Positions 46,493-52,937 of a stretch of 52,937 nt of DNA are shown piece by piece. The notes under the pieces were generated by a model. It did no database searches. It saw nothing but the letters and a program-made list of their open reading frames with translations, and had not been told where the DNA came from. Origin of the DNA: Bacteroidota bacterium (lineage in GTDB: Bacteria; Bacteroidota; Bacteroidia; Bacteroidales; FEN-979); the NCBI GenBank assembly GCA_037141915.1, contig JBAXBP010000003.1, forward strand, positions 1 to 52,937. The letters are read 5' to 3'. Numbering within the stretch: position 1 is the first letter of the stretch; every line of letters starts with the position of its first letter. The translations under genes and the position numbers were made by a program.

Positions 46493-47130
46493 TCTTTGTC
46501 TTCAACGAGGACTTTAATCCCTCTCATCACCTTCAGGGGAGTATCAACAATAACCATATTGTAAAGCCAGGAAGGAACATTTCCGCCGGGATCGACAAAG
46601 CCTTCGAGTACGGCAACCACGGTATTTTTACCGGTAGGCCTGAGCGTCCATTTCTGCCAGTAATTCTTTATCCTGACAATTTCTTTACGTTCGGGCACGA
46701 CATCAAGCAATGGCTTTGCCGATACAACTTTCTCCCCTGTTACCGGGTCAATGGTGATTCTGGCTTCAACACAAAGATCCCGGTCATTATATGGCCAGGG
46801 AACATGGTATAAAAGGTAATATTTCATATTTTTGTCAGGTTCTTTTGACAACACCCTGATCTCCCTTACATTTTTATCCCACCAGCTTACATTATCCACA
46901 TTCCCGATATACTTACTGAGCTTGGCCATGGTCGTATGAAATACGGTTTCTCCTTTAAAACATTTAAAGGATGAATTCTCAGCTTTCCTGGTGTATATTT
47001 TAATCCCGTCTTTTTCCTTTGAGAATTCCCAGGCCTGGGCATAAAGGCCTGACACTATCAAAACCATTACTGAAATCATTAAGAACCTGAACTGAATACC
47101 GGGTGTTAATCTTACCGACTGCCTCTTCAC
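46486..47130 (-). CDS. Exported START-domain (lipid-binding) protein
   Basis: WEFSKEKDGIKIYTR, PWPYNDRD, DPGGNVPSWLYN, and a signal-peptide-like N-terminus. Start uncertain (GTG 47130 or ATG 47079). Confidence 0.85.
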   Translation of the reverse strand: MKRQSVRLTPGIQFRFLMISVMVLIVSGLYAQAWEFSKEKDGIKIYTRKAENSSFKCFKGETVFHTTMAKLSKYIGNVDNVSWWDKNVREIRVLSKEPDKNMKYYLLYHVPWPYNDRDLCVEARITIDPVTGEKVVSAKPLLDVVPERKEIVRIKNYWQKWTLRPTGKNTVVAVLEGFVDPGGNVPSWLYNMVIVDTPLKVMRGIKVLVEDKDQ

Positions 47131-47233
47131 TGATGCTATTTTAATGTAAATTTTATGCAAAGTAACGCCAATCTGTTTAATTATAAAAACAGGGTTTTCA
47201 ATAAGAATTAACAAAATGTAAAATTGAACAGTA

Positions 47234-49273
47234 TCAGGGCTTTAGCATTTTAATAAACACACCTCCCACCACTGATCTGGCCTGGAACCCAACTTGTTTG
47301 CCGGTCCTGGTATCATACCAGTCGGTCATTGGAACGCGGTCGGGTGTTTCGTTCAGGAATTTATGCACAGGGCCTGTCAGCGCATTGAAATCATCCGCAT
47401 TTTCTGCCATGGAAGCAGTCCACAGTATCCAGTCAAGCTTGGTATAATCCTTGCGGTTATCGAGAGGAAGCCCGTAAATGTTCTGTTTCGTTTTGTAATA
47501 TTTTATTTCCTGCTCAGCGATTGAAGGATCAAAAAGCTTCAGCCCCAGCACTTTGTCCCAGACCAGGTTGTATTTCTGGCTCCAGCTGCCTCCTTTGTCA
47601 AAAGCAAGTTTGTAATGATCCCCGTCGGCAGCCATAGTTTTCCATTTCGAGGCAAAATCCGAAGCCGTTTTCCAGTATATCTTTGCCATATCGGGTTTCC
47701 CAGCCATATCGCAAAGCTTTGAATAACATCCCAGTGCAACAATCGCCTTGATTGAGAGATTGGTATTATGTGCAAGATGGCCTGCGAAATCATCGGTACA
47801 AAGCTGGTTTTCAGGATCAAGTCCCTTTTCTTTCAGATATTCCGCCCATTTCGAAACAGCCGGCCAGTATTTCACCACAAAATCCGCATTCCCTTCCTTT
47901 AAAGAAAGAGCGTACAGCATGATCAGCATATTCCCCGATTCCTCAACCGGCATCTGGTTTTCTTCGGTTTCTTCTCCCCCACCGTAAACCTGCCCGTTGG
48001 CGAGGGGATAAGTGCCAAGGTCATGCGGGGCAAACCTGAACTTCCATCGTTTCGAAGAAGAATAGATCATCAACGGTTCAAGCTGGGCCTTCAGAAGCAG
48101 GGGGTTACAGAAAAGCAGCACCGGGCATGCGGGGTAAATCACATCCACCGTAGATATACAGCCATTACTGAAATTCTCCTTGGGGAAGTACATGGGAGTG
48201 CCGTCGATGTCACCCGAAAGGCCGCAGGCGGCCAGTGACTGGCGATAGGCCGGTACCGCAATATCACAATAGGCCTGTCCCCCGGCCTGCAGCAGGGATT
48301 TCATCAGTTGCCCGTCGAACCTGGCACAACGTTCATTGATTTTCCGATAATCCCCGACGGCATCTTTTAACATCTGCGCAGTGGTAATTCCCTGGGCTTT
48401 CCAGTAAGGTAAAAGTTTCCTGTTCAGGAATTCGGTGCGGAAACCGTCGTCATACGCCAGAAGAATAAAACGTTCCAGAGGGCGGCTGAGAGAATCCAGT
48501 GAAAACACCGACGCCATCATGGGCCAGTCGTCACTTGCAGCCCTGGGCATCCTAAGGTCATCATCAGGCAAGTCTGCCGTATTATTTAAAAAGGACTTCC
48601 TGGCCGCATCGGCCCCGCATATAACATCGGCCTTAAGCTGTGAAGCAGGCGATACAAGATACAGGTAACCCCAGTCTATTCTAAGGTCATCCCCCGATTT
48701 TTTCAATACATCCTGGGAAACGGAACCCATTTGCATTATTTCCAGTCCTGCCACTTTCATCCTTGACCAGCTAACCGCCTGTTCATTGGAATTTACAACC
48801 AGCTCGGCCGAAACATCAAAATAAACCTTCAGCTGATGAATTTTCCCGTCAACAGCTTCCATCTTCCAGCTTACATAGGTGAGAGGCTCTGAAAGCAGCA
48901 CCAAGTCATCAGCAAGCAAAGGGCTTGTAAAACACATTTGTATCCTGATCCCTGATTCCTCAAAGGTATAGAGAGTTCGGGTTGGAGTGACCTCTGTCTT
49001 CTTCAGTGACATCACCGGCACAGCGGTATGGGTATGCCCCAGTAACCTGTAATCCTTGCCGTCTATCTTTGCAAAACAAGCCATGGCCTGAACGCTTCCT
49101 GTCCAGTGCCTGGGCCAGTCCTCGCCGGGATGATTGCTGAAACTCCAGATGCTGAAGTAAGGATTATTTGTGATAAGGGGTACTGCAGGAAGCTTGAAAC
49201 CCGCATCCTGGGCCGAAATATTACAGGCCAATAAATACAGGCCGGTTAATAAAAGGAATGATCTTTTAGTCAT
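47234..49273 (-). CDS. GtaA 'glutaminase A'-like (alpha/alpha)6-barrel protein (DUF5127/DUF4965/DUF1793 type), exported
   Basis: PAVPLITNNPYFSIWS, RIDWGYLY, KENFSNGCISTVDVIYP, PHDLGTYP, MPVEESGNM, QLCTDDFAG, FQARSVVGG. Confidence 0.88.
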   Translation of the reverse strand: MTKRSFLLLTGLYLLACNISAQDAGFKLPAVPLITNNPYFSIWSFSNHPGEDWPRHWTGSVQAMACFAKIDGKDYRLLGHTHTAVPVMSLKKTEVTPTRTLYTFEESGIRIQMCFTSPLLADDLVLLSEPLTYVSWKMEAVDGKIHQLKVYFDVSAELVVNSNEQAVSWSRMKVAGLEIMQMGSVSQDVLKKSGDDLRIDWGYLYLVSPASQLKADVICGADAARKSFLNNTADLPDDDLRMPRAASDDWPMMASVFSLDSLSRPLERFILLAYDDGFRTEFLNRKLLPYWKAQGITTAQMLKDAVGDYRKINERCARFDGQLMKSLLQAGGQAYCDIAVPAYRQSLAACGLSGDIDGTPMYFPKENFSNGCISTVDVIYPACPVLLFCNPLLLKAQLEPLMIYSSSKRWKFRFAPHDLGTYPLANGQVYGGGEETEENQMPVEESGNMLIMLYALSLKEGNADFVVKYWPAVSKWAEYLKEKGLDPENQLCTDDFAGHLAHNTNLSIKAIVALGCYSKLCDMAGKPDMAKIYWKTASDFASKWKTMAADGDHYKLAFDKGGSWSQKYNLVWDKVLGLKLFDPSIAEQEIKYYKTKQNIYGLPLDNRKDYTKLDWILWTASMAENADDFNALTGPVHKFLNETPDRVPMTDWYDTRTGKQVGFQARSVVGGVFIKMLKP

Positions 49274-49359
49274 AGGAGAATGCCTTTTGCGAAATTATTG
49301 CAGGAAATGAATTGCCCCCGCGAATGTATTAAAAACCTCAGCAACCTCCTGCCACAGCA

Positions 49360-50682
49360 TCAATTTTGCTGAAGGTACAAACTTACTTTTTCGCTGTAGA
49401 ATTTCAAAATCCCTGCAGCCCCGGTCGAAAGATTCACATATTGAATGCTTCCCGAAACCATTTCGGGCATCCCCTGCCTTGAGGCGATCCTGTTTCTCCT
49501 GAGGCTCATATGGCCCTCCGCACTAAGCGAACGTATCCCTTTCCCGCTCACTTTAAGGTTAAGCCCGTCAAACATTGCAGGGCCTCCCCCCGAAAATTCA
49601 AGTTTCACGCTCTTTATCGTGAAGCCTGTCTGGTATTTTGAATTAATGCTGAAGCCCAGTGTGCACTGCCTTATATACAAAGAATCACCATCATCCTCGG
49701 TAAGGCGGAACCCGTCGACGATAGAAAAATCCACCTTGCCGGCACTGACGTCAAATGGAAATTCATTTTTGACTACGATATCTTCAAACTCATATTCAAC
49801 AATGATCTTATTTACCTGGCTGTCGAAACAACCGTTGTACTCATAGCTTATTTTATTGGTGTCGGTGGATGAGGTGAATGAAAACGGGCCGGCACAGTTC
49901 GATCTGATAAGCGGTTTGGACGTGTAACGATAGGTCTTCCCCCCGGAAGTGAGGAAATATGCAAGCTTTCCGGGTACCGCCGAAACAGTTTTCAAGGAGA
50001 AGGACTTCAGCAGTCCCTGGTATTTTGCAAGGCACAGATGGGCAGCCCCTTTCACCGGGTCTTCCAGGTCGGGTATAAGGCTGAGCAGTTCACGGTACTT
50101 CTGCACGATCTCATCCAGGTTATTGCTCTGACCGGGAACCTGTGAAAGACTCATTACCGCCATTTCTTTTTCTTTCTGGTCCTTCTCGAAATCCATGATA
50201 ATCATTCCCAGCTCGGCTTCCGAAAAAGGATATTTGATATAATAGTTCACCCATGTTGCCCCGGATTTCTTATCACTTATCTTTTCCCAGTAAAAATCCT
50301 CAGCGTTGCTTGCCGAAATGCCTTTAACGAATGGCATTTTTGCCGTCCGGGTAAGGATTGCAGACTTATAGTCGGCTGTCAGCTGAAAATTATTCCCTGT
50401 CCTGGTTTCAACAGTGTTCTGCGAGGAGGTGGCGGTGATCTGCTCGGCAACCGACCTGATGATGGATTCCCTGATCTTATCCATGGCCTTATCCTTCGCC
50501 TCATCTGCCGTCAGACCTTTGCCCGTTTCAATGATGTAGCCTTTTGCAACAGAATTCACCCAGTCCGCTTTTTTACCGCTTTTTTCGATAACTTTCTCCT
50601 GGGCAGTCAGCCTGGGTAAAAAAGTTACCAGAAGCAGCATCAATATAGCCAACGGCATCAATAATCTTTTCATGATTCGCAT
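49360..50682 (-). CDS. Exported hypothetical protein with an LPP20-like N-terminal domain
   Basis: Signal peptide, EKSGKKADWV...GKGLTADEAKDKA...IIRSVAEQI, a helical middle and a beta-rich C-terminus. Confidence 0.75.
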   Translation of the reverse strand: MRIMKRLLMPLAILMLLLVTFLPRLTAQEKVIEKSGKKADWVNSVAKGYIIETGKGLTADEAKDKAMDKIRESIIRSVAEQITATSSQNTVETRTGNNFQLTADYKSAILTRTAKMPFVKGISASNAEDFYWEKISDKKSGATWVNYYIKYPFSEAELGMIIMDFEKDQKEKEMAVMSLSQVPGQSNNLDEIVQKYRELLSLIPDLEDPVKGAAHLCLAKYQGLLKSFSLKTVSAVPGKLAYFLTSGGKTYRYTSKPLIRSNCAGPFSFTSSTDTNKISYEYNGCFDSQVNKIIVEYEFEDIVVKNEFPFDVSAGKVDFSIVDGFRLTEDDGDSLYIRQCTLGFSINSKYQTGFTIKSVKLEFSGGGPAMFDGLNLKVSGKGIRSLSAEGHMSLRRNRIASRQGMPEMVSGSIQYVNLSTGAAGILKFYSEKVSLYLQQN

Positions 50683-50697
50683 GTTTAATAGGCTTGT

Positions 50698-51675
50698 TTA
50701 CCAAAGCCATCCTTTGAAATTATACACCTGCTGAGGCTGGTTTTCACCGTAGGCAATCCCTACGGCGCGGGCCGCCTCTATCCTCTGTCTTTCCAGGTCC
50801 ACATTGTCGTCGTGTACTTTCATCGTCCAGGCAATGTCGCGTTTTTCATCCTCCAAGACCTTCTGTGCAACCTGGGCCATCAACTGTTTTGCCTCAGGAT
50901 AACATGCTGCTTCGGGATCAATTGTTGCAAGACACCTTGCAGCTGATGCGGCACCTGAACTGTTCTGTTCCGACATCCATGCATTCTGCGCCTGGTTAAG
51001 AAGGGTCCTGCACTGGTTGTCAATGTAAAGCTTATAGACCGGTCCGACCAGTTGGGTCACTTTCATATAACAATCCTTGCAGATTTCAGGCACTGAAGTT
51101 AACGCATAAATTGCTTCCTTGTATTGCTTTTGCGAAATTTTTGATTCGGCGTCAGCGATGACAAAATCGCAATGCGAATTATAGAATTCAACGATCATGT
51201 TTTTCCCGTTCTCCACGAATTGTTTAAGCTCAGGATTGGTCTGCTTAATATTCTTAATGGCTTCAATAAATGCCTTTGTTTCATTGGTCCCCACACCTTT
51301 AACAGAAAGGCTTGCAGTGCTTAGCACTGTTTTTTGACGGTAGTCGGCGATATAAAAGGTAAATTCAAGGTTTTGCACGATCATTTGTGGAGGTCCTGCA
51401 ACAATGTCTTTAGTAAGCAACGCCACATTGGCGGTGATCACAAACCATGGATTATGTGTTTTACCTCCAAGCCCGTTCATTGTCGCTATTTGCTGAAGCT
51501 TGTTTACCAGGAAGCTCTTTGCTTCTGAAGGCAGGATTGTGATCTCATCGGAAACAACAGGAGTCAGTGATATCCTTCCCAGGTCCTCGGTCTTGCCCAG
51601 GGTATTCTGGGCTTGCAAATGCAGTATAGCAAATCGGGCTACCAGCAATATCATTATAACCATCTTTCTCATCAT
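50698..51675 (-). CDS. Exported conserved hypothetical protein (alpha/beta N-domain, Cys-containing TPR-like helices)
   Basis: Signal peptide, NKLQQIATMNGLGG, KGVGTNETKAF, six Cys in the helical half, and a C-terminus ending WLW. Confidence 0.8.
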   Translation of the reverse strand: MMRKMVIMILLVARFAILHLQAQNTLGKTEDLGRISLTPVVSDEITILPSEAKSFLVNKLQQIATMNGLGGKTHNPWFVITANVALLTKDIVAGPPQMIVQNLEFTFYIADYRQKTVLSTASLSVKGVGTNETKAFIEAIKNIKQTNPELKQFVENGKNMIVEFYNSHCDFVIADAESKISQKQYKEAIYALTSVPEICKDCYMKVTQLVGPVYKLYIDNQCRTLLNQAQNAWMSEQNSSGAASAARCLATIDPEAACYPEAKQLMAQVAQKVLEDEKRDIAWTMKVHDDNVDLERQRIEAARAVGIAYGENQPQQVYNFKGWLW

Positions 51676-51687
51676 AGTCTTTCTTTT

Positions 51688-52635
51688 TTACTTTTCTCCG
51701 ATATACAGCAGGCCTGCACCAAGCCCGTTCATATCTGCTTTGCAACTAAGGTTATAAGGGGGGTCTTTCAGGAATTTACGCAGAAGCTGAACAAAATCCT
51801 TTGAATCCTGCGACTTTCCCGATTCATTGTACAGGGGTATGCGGACCTGTTCGAAGAACATATAATTTTCGCTTGACTCCGATTTGCTGAACCTTCCTTT
51901 TACGGTATTGGCCGCCATCCATGCATCTATGATCTCATTGAGCTCTTTTCCGCCATACTCTGTTTCCAGGTCAGTCCCCAAGCCGTTATTCCACATCTGC
52001 ACCCTTACGGTGATCTCGCGCCCATTGGTAAAGAGGTCATCAAAATGTTTCTGAAGCTGAACGTTGAAATTGTCAAGATGGGCTACCACGGCTTCTTCCA
52101 GGAGTGAGGGCAATTCTGCCGAGAATGAAGGTTCGCCCGTACCCTGGGCTCCCGCCACCTGTTTCCCGGTGTAGGCATCTATCCCCTGCAAATTAAAGGT
52201 GACTGATTTTTTTGGACCTGTCTGGTTTATCGTATATGTCAGGTATATGATGATGTCGGCCCTTGCCGCTTTTTTCAGCTTATCCAGGGGACTTTCGGCG
52301 AGCGAAGAACCTTCTTTACTGGTCCTCACGTTATCCTGGGCCGACTGGTTCTCGTTGATTTTTATCACCGACTCAAGGTTTTTCAGCGGGAATCCTCTGT
52401 CGGTCATCAGGGTGTTAATCTTGCCGATGACCAGCAGAAGATCGGGGTCGTTTTGTAAGGCCTTTTTATAATCCGGCACCGACTGCTGGGTTCCCTGGTT
52501 ATCGTAAGTGGTCATAAAACCGTTCTTCTGGCACCAGACATCACTGAGCATAACCATGATGGTTGGTTTTTTAGCCTGTCCGTAAACAGCTGCCGATAAT
52601 GCTAAAAGCAGGATAACCGTTAATATTTTTTTCAT
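51688..52635 (-). CDS. DUF6175-like exported protein
   Basis: Signal peptide MKKILTVILLLALSAAVYG followed by QAKKPTIMV..SDVWC, RGFPLKNLE, ADIII, DAYTGKQVA, FEQVRIP. Family recognised from memory. Confidence 0.75.
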   Translation of the reverse strand: MKKILTVILLLALSAAVYGQAKKPTIMVMLSDVWCQKNGFMTTYDNQGTQQSVPDYKKALQNDPDLLLVIGKINTLMTDRGFPLKNLESVIKINENQSAQDNVRTSKEGSSLAESPLDKLKKAARADIIIYLTYTINQTGPKKSVTFNLQGIDAYTGKQVAGAQGTGEPSFSAELPSLLEEAVVAHLDNFNVQLQKHFDDLFTNGREITVRVQMWNNGLGTDLETEYGGKELNEIIDAWMAANTVKGRFSKSESSENYMFFEQVRIPLYNESGKSQDSKDFVQLLRKFLKDPPYNLSCKADMNGLGAGLLYIGEK

Positions 52636-52645
52636 TTTTCGGGAT

Positions 52646-52937
52646 TTAAAAACCATTATTCAGTGCTTTCACAATGCCTGCATTTTCCAGTTCCTTGCGG
52701 AGCTGGGAATACATGACCGAAACTACTATTGCCACCTTGTATTGTTTGCCCACCTTGACCCTTTCTTCCATACCGTCGCCGCTGAGCGCTACAAAATCAA
52801 GATACTTCCCTCCGTCCCTGAAAAAGTCATCGAAATAATCCTGGTTCTTTTCTTCCAGTCCGGGATCAGTTAACAGGGGTTCTGTTTTCGGACATTTTCC
52901 GGCATACACCCCTTTGAAGATCGCAGCATGTACTGCG
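52646..52937 (-). CDS. Conserved hypothetical protein, 5' end beyond the right edge
   Basis: The frame stays open to the edge: AVHAAIFKGVYAGKC...YFDDFF...LRKELENAGIVKALNNGF*. The stop lies 10 nt before the next ATG. Confidence 0.8.
   Translation of the reverse strand, partial: AVHAAIFKGVYAGKCPKTEPLLTDPGLEEKNQDYFDDFFRDGGKYLDFVALSGDGMEERVKVGKQYKVAIVVSVMYSQLRKELENAGIVKALNNGF

Overview
This is a gene-dense chromosomal segment, most likely from an anaerobic Bacteroidota (Bacteroidales-like) bacterium. That call rests on repeated TAnnTTTG -7 promoter elements and a Bacteroidota-type HU and gene repertoire. From left to right it holds: a PAS/GAF two-component signalling cluster whose first, edge-truncated gene is missing from the ORF track; an HU paralogue; tRNA-Arg(CCT); a MORN-variant lipoprotein; a six-gene hydrogenase-4-like (Ehr-type) operon; a LytS/LytTR-TolC-MacA-ABC efflux operon; rpoN; a nucleotidyltransferase; a GluP sugar permease; two hybrid kinases; a porin-pstSCAB-phoU phosphate operon with Pho-box-like repeats; a TPR-PAS kinase; a degenerate-HEPN/CHAD/CopA cluster; several exported proteins; and an edge-truncated operon of uncharacterised exported proteins (DUF6175-like). 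The four strongest signals are: (1) the Ehr complex lacks the NiFe ligands and also all four cysteines of the N2-type [4Fe-4S] cluster in its small subunit, leaving one predicted cluster; (2) a family of 7-8 nt tandem repeats sits at gene junctions with a consistent polarity and has been written in frame into proteins; (3) a TGTAG triple motif with identical 23/24-nt spacing lies in both intergenic regions flanking the NarL-type system; (4) the DUF6175-like exported-protein operon. I found no integrase, transposase, CRISPR array or rRNA. All family calls come from motif recognition by eye, with no database searches, and several start codons were moved downstream of the ORF-track start.
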